Positions 1 to 8,058 of a stretch of DNA of 25,072 nucleotides are shown in pieces. The translations under genes and the position numbers were made by a program. Origin of the DNA: a virus (taxonomy: Duplodnaviria > Caudoviricetes); the IMG/VR virus record IMGVR_UViG_3300033067_000818, positions 1 to 25,072 of that record. The stretch is one strand, 5' to 3'. A model generated the notes under the pieces. The model was not told the DNA's origin and ran no database searches. It was given only the letters and a program-made list of their open reading frames with translations. How positions within the stretch are numbered: position 1 is the first letter of the stretch; each line of letters opens with the position of its first letter.

Positions 1-133
1 GCGTGAACATGCCCCGCCTCACTGCTTCGTTGAACTCGTCCAGGCTCAATACTGCGCTCGGCGTGTGCTCGATCTCTTCGGTCGAAAAGCCTTCGAGGAT
101 CTGCAGAAACTTGTGCGTTTCGTTGAGCTTCAT
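1..133 (-). CDS. Hypothetical protein, 3'-truncated by window edge (MKLNETHKFLQILEGFSTEEIEHTPSAVLSLDEFNEAVRRGMFT...)
   Basis: Not in ORF track; ATG at 133 overlaps the TGA (130-132) of the acyltransferase (ATGA coupling) and the frame is open for 44 codons to the edge. Confidence 0.7.
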   Translation of the reverse strand, partial: MKLNETHKFLQILEGFSTEEIEHTPSAVLSLDEFNEAVRRGMFT

Positions 134-681
134 CGTGCACGCGCCCTGAGCTGCCGCTCAAGCTCGTAGATGCGCACGAGCGGACGCTTTCCAAGCACAC
201 GGCAGGGAACGCCGCCGTTGACCGTCCATGGCTCGATGTCTCGTTTCACCAGCGAGCACGCGCCCACAACTGCGCCCTCGCCAATCGTCACGCCTGGCAG
301 CACAACGCTATTCGCGCCGATGATGCAGTGCTTTCCGATTTTGATGAACGAGCGTGAGACGGCGCGAAACTCAGGCGGCACCGTCGGGTTTGTAAGCGCG
401 CTGCCAAGGTAATCGTCGTTTCCGGTGAACAAGCGCACGCCTGCGCTGATGCCCGAGAAGTCGCCCATGTAGAGACGGCCGCCGCCTTGGATCGAGCTGT
501 CGCACGCAAGGTGCACGTAGCTGCCGATCTCGGTTTCATCGGCGGCGAAGAGCTTGGCGCCGGTGTCGATCATCACGTGGTCGCCGAGAGTGACGTGCTT
601 GGCGCCGACAAAAACCGCGCCGGGGTGAATGACGATGTTCTCGCCGCACGACTTGAACGCATGCGAGTTGAAGGCGTTCAT
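130..681 (-). CDS. Hexapeptide-repeat (left-handed beta-helix) acyltransferase, AntD/VioB-like NDP-4-amino-4,6-dideoxyhexose N-acyltransferase
   Basis: [LIV]G hexapeptide repeats (TLGDHVMID, EIGSYVHLA, IGKHCIIGANSVVLPGVTIGEGAVVGA); loop NDDYLGSALTNPTVP and C-terminal WTVNGGVPCRVLGKR...IYELE resemble Bacillus AntD as recalled; ATGA-coupled to upstream SDR. Confidence 0.85.
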   Translation of the reverse strand: MNAFNSHAFKSCGENIVIHPGAVFVGAKHVTLGDHVMIDTGAKLFAADETEIGSYVHLACDSSIQGGGRLYMGDFSGISAGVRLFTGNDDYLGSALTNPTVPPEFRAVSRSFIKIGKHCIIGANSVVLPGVTIGEGAVVGACSLVKRDIEPWTVNGGVPCRVLGKRPLVRIYELERQLRARAR

Positions 682-1391
682 GCCATTCCCCCGTTCACGC
701 CGAGCACTTGCCCGGTGATGTACGCCGCCTCATCGCTGAGCAGGAAAGCCACGAGCGCTGCGAGCTCTTGCGGCTCACCGAGTCGCGCGAGCGGGATCGT
801 GCCCATGACGTGGCTGAGCGTGTTTGCGTCGACGGAGCGAATGAGCCCGGCCGAGAAGTAGCCCGCCGCGATGGCATTCGCGGTGATGTTCTTCGGCGCC
901 AGCTCAAGCGCGAGCGACTTCGTGTAGCCAATGACGGCAGCCTTCGCTGCAGCGTAGGCTGCAGCGCCAGCGATGCCAGTTTGACCCACCACGCTCGTCA
1001 CGTTGACGATGCGGCCGCGCCCGGCGTTGCGCATGCGCGGGATCGCCCCTTTGCAGACGTTGTGTGTGGTGATGACGTTCTGCTCGAGCACGTTGGCAAA
1101 GTCGCCGGCGCCGAGCTTCCACGACATGCCGTTGATGCATCCGCCGGCAAGATTCACGATGCCCCATAACGGCGTCGACGTGCCGGCGGCGTGAAGCATC
1201 AGATCGGCCGCTTGCTGCTCGTCAATGAGATCGGCTTTGATGAGCCGCACCTTGGCGTCTGGCGCGACGATCTTGGGCTCGACGGATCGATACTGCGCGA
1301 CCACGTCGTAACCACGCAAAGCGAGCACGCTTGCGACGACGCTGCCGAGCCCACCGCTTGCGCCAGTGACGATGACGGTGCCGCTTACCAT
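678..1391 (-). CDS. Classical short-chain dehydrogenase/reductase, FabG/PhaB-like 3-oxoacyl-(ACP/CoA) reductase
   Basis: TGASGGLG Rossmann motif, VNLAG, GRIVNVTSVVG catalytic Ser, YAAAK (YxxxK), C-terminal IPLARLGEPQE...YITGQVLGVNGG. Confidence 0.92.
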   Translation of the reverse strand: MVSGTVIVTGASGGLGSVVASVLALRGYDVVAQYRSVEPKIVAPDAKVRLIKADLIDEQQAADLMLHAAGTSTPLWGIVNLAGGCINGMSWKLGAGDFANVLEQNVITTHNVCKGAIPRMRNAGRGRIVNVTSVVGQTGIAGAAAYAAAKAAVIGYTKSLALELAPKNITANAIAAGYFSAGLIRSVDANTLSHVMGTIPLARLGEPQELAALVAFLLSDEAAYITGQVLGVNGGMA

Positions 1392-1654
1392 TGGCCGCCG
1401 CCTTTCTGCTGACGCTGTTGCCCACCGCGTTGCTGCTGCGGCCGCTGATCGTGCTCGTCGCGCGGCTGGGGCACGCGCAGCTGTAGCTGCCCGTTCACTG
1501 GCAATGCGTCGAGAAACACGTTGATCGATCCGTCTTTGTTCGTGAACGCCGAGCCCACGCGAACCCAGAACGATTTTTGCTCACCGTTTTGGCCGTCGCG
1601 CTTGACGATCGTATGTACCTCGAACCGTTGCTTTGCTGCGTTTTCCCCGTCCAT
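1385..1654 (-). CDS. Small beta-rich protein (89 aa) with Gln/Gly-rich tail, possible ssDNA-binding protein
   Basis: Start reassigned to ATG 1654 behind strong SD AAAAAGGAG; core FWVRVGSAFTNKDGSINVFLDALPVNGQLQLR; low-complexity tail QRPQQQRGGQQRQQKGGGQW; stop overlaps SDR start. Function is inference. Confidence 0.7.
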   Translation of the reverse strand: MDGENAAKQRFEVHTIVKRDGQNGEQKSFWVRVGSAFTNKDGSINVFLDALPVNGQLQLRVPQPRDEHDQRPQQQRGGQQRQQKGGGQW

Positions 1655-1823
1655 TGCTGTCTCCTTTTTGCTTGCCGAAAACCGCCGGCCGCAGAATGCG
1701 GCGGACGATCGCTGACACACTGTTTTCTTCGTCGAACGCGATTTGCTCGAGCGCCTCTTTGAGCACCGGCTCAACCATGATGCTCATGGTCACGAGGTCG
1801 TCTTTTTCAGTTTGCATTGCCAT
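1581..1823 (-). CDS. Ribbon-helix-helix (CopG/Arc-like) DNA-binding protein
   Basis: Alternating beta strand VTMSIMV then helices EPVLKEALEQIAFDE and NSVSAIVRRIL; GGAG 10 nt before ATG 1823 (alternative ATG 1817); overlaps both neighbours. Confidence 0.7.
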   Translation of the reverse strand: MAMQTEKDDLVTMSIMVEPVLKEALEQIAFDEENSVSAIVRRILRPAVFGKQKGDSNGRGKRSKATVRGTYDRQARRPKR

Positions 1824-2892
1824 GATGGTGAATCTCCGTTTTTCCGTAGAACTCATCGAGCGCCGCGCATAATTGCCGGTTCTCGTCTGCTGTCATGTCG
1901 GCAGGGAAAGCCACGCACGAGCGCTGCCACGGCTCGTAGTTCGCGCCCGGGATCGGATCGTAGGTGCGCCTGCACTGAAACCCACGCTCGGCCATGAACG
2001 CCACGAGCTCGTCGGCGCGGGGCATCGGGAACACGGGCAGTGATGGCCAGTTGCCGAGCTGCGGGAAGTCGATCCCGTCCTTGCTTTGCATCTCCTTGCC
2101 GTCGCTTTTCCCGGCGCCGTAAGCGTGGGTCGCCACGTGGATCACGAGCGCGCGCATGTTGTCCGCTCGTCGCTCGAAGTGCTTGGCGTGTTCGAGCTGC
2201 TCGATGAGCAACGAGCAGCGCAGCTCATCGAGCTTGGCGTTGATGCCGAACGGCTCGACGGGCTTGCGGTCGATGTCGAACCCGAACGACATAGCGCGAT
2301 GCACGGCAAGCTGCGCCATCTCGCGATGCTTTGGCACAAGCACCGCACCACCTTCGCCGATCGGAAAATTTTTCGTTGCGTGGAAGCTCACCGCCACAAT
2401 GCAATCCTTGCCGATGTGCTCGAACGCCGATGCATCGCCAAAGCCACCGGCGGCGTCGATCACGTCGTTCGCTCCGCACCAAAGCAGATCGCGATCGTAT
2501 CCCCACCACTTCGTGCGCACGGCGATCTCGGTGGGGTCGACGCGCTCGTTGGTGTCGATGATCGTGACGTCGTGACCGGCGACCATTTTGGCAGCGCACA
2601 GCGTCGCGTGAAAGGTGAACCCTTCCACGTTCACCGCGCCGTTGTAGCAAGAGAGCGACTGCTCACGCGAAGCGCCGTAGATGGCGAGCGCGACTGCATC
2701 AGTGCCATTGGCCACGGGGAAAGCGACGTAGCGCCCCTCTGTGAAGTTTTCGAGTCGGCGTGCAGCTTCGTGCCACAGCGTGCCGCGGTTGCTATGCTGC
2801 CCGGTCATGTTGGTGACGTGCTTCCACCGCAGATAGAAGTCGTCGCTTTGCGGGAACGATGGGCGGGTGAGTGGTACGCGGGGGTTTGCCAT
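1807..2892 (-). CDS. DegT/DnrJ/EryC1/StrS PLP-dependent sugar aminotransferase, VioA/AntC-like
   Basis: ANGTDAV, FTFHAT, IDAAG (PLP-binding Asp), SFHATKNFPIGEGGAV (catalytic Lys), SFGF and GINAKLDE; SFHATK plus GxNxK is typical of the VioA subgroup. Confidence 0.88.
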   Translation of the reverse strand: MANPRVPLTRPSFPQSDDFYLRWKHVTNMTGQHSNRGTLWHEAARRLENFTEGRYVAFPVANGTDAVALAIYGASREQSLSCYNGAVNVEGFTFHATLCAAKMVAGHDVTIIDTNERVDPTEIAVRTKWWGYDRDLLWCGANDVIDAAGGFGDASAFEHIGKDCIVAVSFHATKNFPIGEGGAVLVPKHREMAQLAVHRAMSFGFDIDRKPVEPFGINAKLDELRCSLLIEQLEHAKHFERRADNMRALVIHVATHAYGAGKSDGKEMQSKDGIDFPQLGNWPSLPVFPMPRADELVAFMAERGFQCRRTYDPIPGANYEPWQRSCVAFPADMTADENRQLCAALDEFYGKTEIHHHGNAN

Positions 2893-2923
2893 GCGCGACC
2901 ATTGGCCGCCATTGGCTAAAGAG

Positions 2924-3193
2924 TCAAGACTTGCGCTTGCTCTTCGCTGGTTTCACCGTGCGAGCTTCGTGCAACGTGAGCGCTTTTAGGATCGTGAAGT
3001 CCGCGATCCCGACTTGGCGTTGACGATCGGCTAGCAAGCGCTGACGCTGCTGATCGAGGATCTGCAGCGCCGAATCGATCTCTTGGATCTTGTCGTTCGA
3101 GCGCTGGTTATCTTCGAGCAGCTGCGCCTCGATCGGATCGAGTTGCTCGCGTGGCGTGTCTCGTAGCTTCTGAATTTGCGCGGCGATATCCAT
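2924..3193 (-). CDS. Coiled-coil hypothetical protein (89 aa) after tail fibre, possible fibre assembly factor
   Basis: Start reassigned to ATG 3193 behind AAGGAG; heptad-like IQEIDSALQILDQQRQRLLADRQR; basic C-terminus. Confidence 0.65.
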   Translation of the reverse strand: MDIAAQIQKLRDTPREQLDPIEAQLLEDNQRSNDKIQEIDSALQILDQQRQRLLADRQRQVGIADFTILKALTLHEARTVKPAKSKRKS

Positions 3194-3210
3194 GGTGGGT
3201 TTCTCCTTGC

Positions 3211-4428
3211 TTACGTCTGTGTGCCAACACTGACGAAAGTGCCAGGGGTTCCCGCGGCCGTGCAAATTTTGAGCACGCCGGCCGTCGTCACGTACATGTG
3301 ACCGATCTGGTGTGCGCCGCTCGGTGTTGATTGCGCGATCACGCGAAACGCCGCCGTTGCGCTATTTCCAGAAACTGAAAGCGCCGTGCCCGATGCGCCG
3401 CTGTGCGACACGCCGATGCCCGTTCCTGTGCCAAGGTGCCCAACGCTGAGACCGGTCGACGATGCATCGCCACCAGATCCCATGAGCACGTTTAGCGCGG
3501 TGAATGATCCGCTTCCGCTGTGCTCGACAGATGCCGCGATCCCGTTGGTGGCCAGCGCTCGCAAACCGTACGTGCTCGCGTTTGCCGTCTCGAATTTGCC
3601 GCCGCATGAGTTTCCGGTTGATCCGGCTGCACCGTACACGCCGGCGCCGGTACCGTCAGGGACGCCGACAACGCCGCTGCCATTCGATCCAGCCTCGGCC
3701 ACGCCTTTGACGCCAGCGGCCGCGCCTGTGCCGAGAACGCCAATGCCAGTCGAGAGCCTGCCCGTACCCTTGACGCCGATCGTTCCGTTGCCGCCGAACG
3801 CGTTGCCGGTGCCCGTGATCGCGGCATCGCCTTCGTTGGGTCCCGAGTACGCCGACACGCTCTTGAGCGTTGGCAGCTGCGCAAAGTCGCGGTTCTCGAT
3901 CTGGTGAATGTTGCCGCTGTTGACGGTGTTCACCCATCCGTTGGGCACCGTGACGTAGCCAAGTATCACGTCGCCGGCGACCTTCGATGGCACGACCGGG
4001 CTGGCAGATGGCGTGCCCTGAATCACGACCACTTGCGACTTCTGCAGCGTCGTCAGGATCACGGTGTCGTGCGGCAGCGTCGGACGGTTGATCGTGAGCC
4101 CAGTCGCTTGGTTTTTGCGCGCGACGATCAGATCGAAACGGATGTTGGTGGGATCGCCTGCAGCGATCGGCGCAACGGTGTTCGAGTCGACCACGTGCAA
4201 GTATCCGTCATCGCCGAGCGCGACGAACGCAGACACGTTCACCGATGCGTTGGCGCCGTTCGGCGAGATGACGCCACCCGAGAGCGTCGCTGCCTTCGTG
4301 AGGTAGGCGAACGATCCACGCATCTGATCGACGAGCGTGCCTTGGATCGCTGCAAAGTCGCTCGGCCCCCAAAGGTACCGTTGATAGAAGTTGTAAAGCG
4401 GGCTCGCTGCGTTCGCGTAGGTGGCCAT
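3211..4428 (-). CDS. Tail fibre / receptor-binding protein
   Basis: Downstream of baseplate genes; AGGAG SD; N-terminal attachment-type motif IAAGDPTNIRFDLIVAR...GTPSASPVVP...VILGYVTVP; Gly-rich GVxG repeats suggesting a beta-helix. Confidence 0.8.
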   Translation of the reverse strand: MATYANAASPLYNFYQRYLWGPSDFAAIQGTLVDQMRGSFAYLTKAATLSGGVISPNGANASVNVSAFVALGDDGYLHVVDSNTVAPIAAGDPTNIRFDLIVARKNQATGLTINRPTLPHDTVILTTLQKSQVVVIQGTPSASPVVPSKVAGDVILGYVTVPNGWVNTVNSGNIHQIENRDFAQLPTLKSVSAYSGPNEGDAAITGTGNAFGGNGTIGVKGTGRLSTGIGVLGTGAAAGVKGVAEAGSNGSGVVGVPDGTGAGVYGAAGSTGNSCGGKFETANASTYGLRALATNGIAASVEHSGSGSFTALNVLMGSGGDASSTGLSVGHLGTGTGIGVSHSGASGTALSVSGNSATAAFRVIAQSTPSGAHQIGHMYVTTAGVLKICTAAGTPGTFVSVGTQT

Positions 4429-4429
4429 G

Positions 4430-5179
4430 TCAGATCTCCTCGATTCGTAGCATTTGACGCAGGTACCGCGCGCGATGGCGCGCGAGCCCCAGCGTGAGCG
4501 GCGTTTTGTGGATAATCAGCTCAGAAAAGCAGGTGTAGCTTGCGTCACCAGATGAGTCCTTGACCTGGAATAGAAAGGTGTCATCGCTGCCCCAATCAGC
4601 AGAAAGCGCGGCAGGCCCGTCGCATGTGCCCATGTACTCGCCGTTGACGAACGCCGTCCACCGCGGGACGTCGCCCATGTAAAGGCTGATGCCCAGGTGA
4701 CAGAGCTCGCCGAAGCGCACCGCGCCGATCGCGAAGACGTTGCGCAGCAGAATGTCGGCGCCAAAGCTTCCAACGCCGCCGTTATACGCCGCGGGCTGGA
4801 TCTTCATCGTGTCAGCGCTCGACGACGAACTCACGCGCATGTCGAACCACGTGCCGCTATGGCTGCTGTTCAGGAAGTGCAGCAAAAAGCCCGCGGTGTT
4901 GCTCAGCCTGAAAACCGCTTCGACGGTGAACGTATCGCCCGGGTCGAAGTTGCCCATGGCGGGCGCGCCGAAGAGCTGCTGATTTGCTGACAGGCCTGTC
5001 GCGGTGAGCGTCTTAGCTTTGCCTATGCCGCCGGGTCGATTGTGGATCGTGTTCACAAGAGAGTACGTGCCAGATGCGTTCAGGCTGGCGATCGAGTGAT
5101 AGCCCGTGCGCGACTGCACGAGCTTCGTGCTCGTGTTCACGTCATCCATGACCCAGTGTCCAAGTGCGGGTGTGCTCAT
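4430..5179 (-). CDS. LamG/concanavalin A-like jelly-roll domain protein, probable baseplate- or fibre-associated adhesin
   Basis: GHWVMDD at start, DTFTVEAVFRL, HLGISLY...AFVNGEYMG, FSELIIHKTPLT pattern; ATGA-coupled to the gp48-like gene. Confidence 0.65.
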   Translation of the reverse strand: MSTPALGHWVMDDVNTSTKLVQSRTGYHSIASLNASGTYSLVNTIHNRPGGIGKAKTLTATGLSANQQLFGAPAMGNFDPGDTFTVEAVFRLSNTAGFLLHFLNSSHSGTWFDMRVSSSSSADTMKIQPAAYNGGVGSFGADILLRNVFAIGAVRFGELCHLGISLYMGDVPRWTAFVNGEYMGTCDGPAALSADWGSDDTFLFQVKDSSGDASYTCFSELIIHKTPLTLGLARHRARYLRQMLRIEEI

Positions 5180-5925
5180 GGCAGATCCTCGGGAACGATC
5201 GGCAGAACGAAATCAGCCGAAGCGCCGGCGTTGTGCTCGTTGCTCTCGGTGATCGGGTGATAGACGCTCGCGCGGCCAAAGCGATCGAGATCGGCCTGCA
5301 GGAGCGCCTTGACGTCGACGGGTAGCGTCGCGTCGAAGATCCGAAGCTCGACGGTGTACGCCGATTCTCTTCGAGCACGCAGATCGTCGTCGCTCAGTCC
5401 GAAGTCGGACGCGGCAAGATCGCAATCGCCGTCGTCGTTGATGATCTCGGCGCCGCCCGAAAGATACGTGTCGTAGCCAAGCTGTGAAAGCCCGATCGAC
5501 CACGCCGGCGTATTGCCGCTCGCGTCGCGCCCGGTGTTCCATTCGAGATAATCCCAGTCGTAGTTTACGCCGGGCGCGCCGATGCGCGCAGCGATGAGCG
5601 CGCGCATGTCTGTCGGGTTCAGCGTCGGGTGCGTGCGCAGCTTGCCGAGAATGCGATCGCGCCGTTCCTGCAACGTCGACGCGCCACCCTGCGGCGCGCC
5701 GTACACCTTGATCTCCCAGTCGATGATCCGCTCGTCGGCTGTCTGCGGGAAGTTGTTGTCATGAATGCGCGCCATGTTCGCATAGAACGTCGCGAGCACC
5801 TGCGCCGATGAGTCGCTGTCAGCCGTCGACCAATACGCGCTCGGCTGCCCGTCCGGGTACGTCGCCGGCGGCAGCTCGCGCTGAATGACGCGATAGAGCT
5901 CTTCGCGCGTAAGGAAGTGCGGCAT
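5176..5925 (-). CDS. Baseplate wedge protein, Mu gp48/YmfQ (DUF2313)-like
   Basis: ELPPATYP, FPQTADERIIDWEIKVYG, TLQERRDRILGKLR motifs; follows baseplate J. Confidence 0.85.
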   Translation of the reverse strand: MPHFLTREELYRVIQRELPPATYPDGQPSAYWSTADSDSSAQVLATFYANMARIHDNNFPQTADERIIDWEIKVYGAPQGGASTLQERRDRILGKLRTHPTLNPTDMRALIAARIGAPGVNYDWDYLEWNTGRDASGNTPAWSIGLSQLGYDTYLSGGAEIINDDGDCDLAASDFGLSDDDLRARRESAYTVELRIFDATLPVDVKALLQADLDRFGRASVYHPITESNEHNAGASADFVLPIVPEDLP

Positions 5926-5928
5926 AGC

Positions 5929-7167
5929 TCACCAGTCCCCGATCGTGATCGCGCCGGGGATCGGTTTCATGTTGCGATCGATCGTCTGATTTGCCGACTG
6001 GTCATCATTGGCCGCGTCGAGCTCGACGGTACGATCGACGACGATCTGCGCAAGCTCGCCAGTGACCTCGGCACCCGGAATGTCTGCGCCAAGCCGCGAA
6101 TCGATCATGTCTTCGATCGACTTGCGCGTGACATATCCCTGCGTGTCGATCACGGTGCCGCCGATCGGCGTTTTGTAGATCGCGCGCTCGACCTCACGCG
6201 CAAGGATCTCGCCCTGCGTCATCGGCAGGCCAGAGATCGGATCGAGGAAGTCGGGTAGCTGTGTGTCTTTCGTTCCCGTCTTGAACTTCGCGCGCACCGT
6301 GACCGGGATCGCTTCTTCGCTCGCGCCATAGACGTCGATGCAGTCCGTTTCCGGTCGCTTCGTCTCGACGTAAGCTTTCACCGTGGCGATGAGCGCATCG
6401 CTTGGCTCGAAGACGATGGGCTGTCCGTTGTCGAGCGCCGTATCGATGTCCGTGGTGCCGCTCGTGATGACGATCCCAACGGTGCCGCCGCCGCGCACGA
6501 AACGAATGCAGCGCGAGAAGCTCACCGATGGGTCGGCGTCTTTCGCCCATTGCTCGTAGTCGCTCGAGTGACCGCCCTTTGGCGGCGTTTGTATGAAGTC
6601 GAGCACGCGTTGCGCGGCTTCTTCTTCCGTCTCTTCGTTCTTTCCGTCGAGCAGCCCCGGGTCGACCACGGTGGCCGTGCTGCTGATGTTCAGCGGCGGC
6701 GACGTGAACGTGAGCACGGCGCCGGGCAGCAGGTTTTGAATCTGCCCCACGCCAACGCTCGTGACTTGGATCAGGCCCGTAGCGGCGTCGAGCGTGACCG
6801 TGTCGTCAACGGTGTACGTGTTGCCGTTCGGCCCGTACGTGAGTTCGGTGCCGGCGTTCACTGGCGCGCCGATGGTTCCCGAGATGAGAAGCGGTCCCGT
6901 TGCCGGTTGCGCAGGCCTGAACGCGTCTTCGTCGAAGTAGGTTTTGATGTGACGCAAAACCGCTTCGCGTCGAGCAGCTTGCGGGAACGCGTCATCGCCG
7001 ATCTTTCGCTGATCGGCGTACGCGCCGGCGGTGACGCCGCCCGTGACCTTCGATCGGATCGTCCAGTCGTTGTCCTCTTGCTTGGTGTCCGCGTCGGGTC
7101 GCAGGCCTTTGAGATGCGTCAAATACTCATCGGCGATTTGGTCGGGTGTCTTGAAGGTGATCGTCAT
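5929..7167 (-). CDS. Baseplate J-like protein (Mu gp47-like)
   Basis: RPAQPATG, GVGQIQNLLPG, DGKNEETEEE...RVLDFIQTPPKGGHSSDYEQWA, RGGGTVGIVI motifs. Confidence 0.93.
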   Translation of the reverse strand: MTITFKTPDQIADEYLTHLKGLRPDADTKQEDNDWTIRSKVTGGVTAGAYADQRKIGDDAFPQAARREAVLRHIKTYFDEDAFRPAQPATGPLLISGTIGAPVNAGTELTYGPNGNTYTVDDTVTLDAATGLIQVTSVGVGQIQNLLPGAVLTFTSPPLNISSTATVVDPGLLDGKNEETEEEAAQRVLDFIQTPPKGGHSSDYEQWAKDADPSVSFSRCIRFVRGGGTVGIVITSGTTDIDTALDNGQPIVFEPSDALIATVKAYVETKRPETDCIDVYGASEEAIPVTVRAKFKTGTKDTQLPDFLDPISGLPMTQGEILAREVERAIYKTPIGGTVIDTQGYVTRKSIEDMIDSRLGADIPGAEVTGELAQIVVDRTVELDAANDDQSANQTIDRNMKPIPGAITIGDW

Positions 7168-7169
7168 GC

Positions 7170-7550
7170 TTACCCTACGCTCGGCAGGCCGAGCACTTGC
7201 GGTTGTCCGTCTTTGCCGATGATTTCGGCCACGAATCCGATGCCCTGCGCGCGCCCTTGCTCGACGACTTTGGCGGCGATGTCGAGCGCGCGGCCGTCAT
7301 CGACCATGGGCTTGAGCGCTTGCGCGGCGAGCGTCTCGATGAGCTCGACGTTGTGCGGGCTTGCCATGGTGTTCTTCTTGACCTCGCTGAGCTTGCTGCC
7401 GAGGTCCGGATTGTACATCCACTTGTTTTTCGGGCAGCGCAGGCGAATCAGCGCGGGAACGAGCAAGTCGCCCGGCGGCGTATTCACCGGCGAGCCGTTC
7501 TGCACGATGTAGTCGAGCGTCTTTGGATCGCGATCCCACTGAGCAGCCAT
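7170..7550 (-). CDS. Baseplate wedge / sheath initiator, Mu gp46-like
   Basis: WMYNPDLGSKLSEVKK and AAQALKPMVDDGRALDI motifs; directly before baseplate J. Confidence 0.85.
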   Translation of the reverse strand: MAAQWDRDPKTLDYIVQNGSPVNTPPGDLLVPALIRLRCPKNKWMYNPDLGSKLSEVKKNTMASPHNVELIETLAAQALKPMVDDGRALDIAAKVVEQGRAQGIGFVAEIIGKDGQPQVLGLPSVG

Positions 7551-7581
7551 GCGTGCACCCTACGTTTTTGAGCGGCAGAGG

Positions 7582-8058
7582 TCACGAAATCGTGCGGGGC
7601 GTGCCGCCTATCGTTGCCGTCCCGCCGGCGTTCTTTCCGTCCAGAAAATTCGCCATCCGATCCATTGCCGGCGGCTTGGTCGTCTCCGATTTATTGGGCA
7701 CGAACACACTCGCATTCATGCTCGACGCGATCGAAGAGAGCCCCGCCGGCGCAGCGATGGCGCTCGCTCCTGTGAAGTAGGAGCCAGGCGAGCCAGAAAG
7801 CCGCGACCACCATGCAACGATGCCGGCCTGCACGGCGTTCTTTCCGTCGCTTGCGAACGGCGTGATCATCGCGGCCGCCATGTCAGCCTTGGCGAGCGCG
7901 ATGTTGACGGGGTTCGTGGTGAACGAGACGCCGTTGCTTGTGACCGCTGCAGCAAAGTACGCCGCCCACGCGTCCGCCCATGCGTTGGCGGCAGCGGAGT
8001 AGGTGATCGCGCTGATACCCTGCAGCGCGGTCGATAGGGCTGACGGCGAGTAGCTCAC
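7582..8058 (-). CDS. Ala-rich hypothetical protein coupled to the spike gene
   Basis: GTG start overlapping the spike TGA (GTGA); 158 aa; no motif recognised. Confidence 0.7.
   Translation of the reverse strand: MSYSPSALSTALQGISAITYSAAANAWADAWAAYFAAAVTSNGVSFTTNPVNIALAKADMAAAMITPFASDGKNAVQAGIVAWWSRLSGSPGSYFTGASAIAAPAGLSSIASSMNASVFVPNKSETTKPPAMDRMANFLDGKNAGGTATIGGTPRTIS

Noticed and set aside
678-1391. Host housekeeping fabG marking a prophage boundary
   Set aside because: No fabD/acpP/fabF context; it overlaps phage-like small genes upstream and the acyltransferase downstream.
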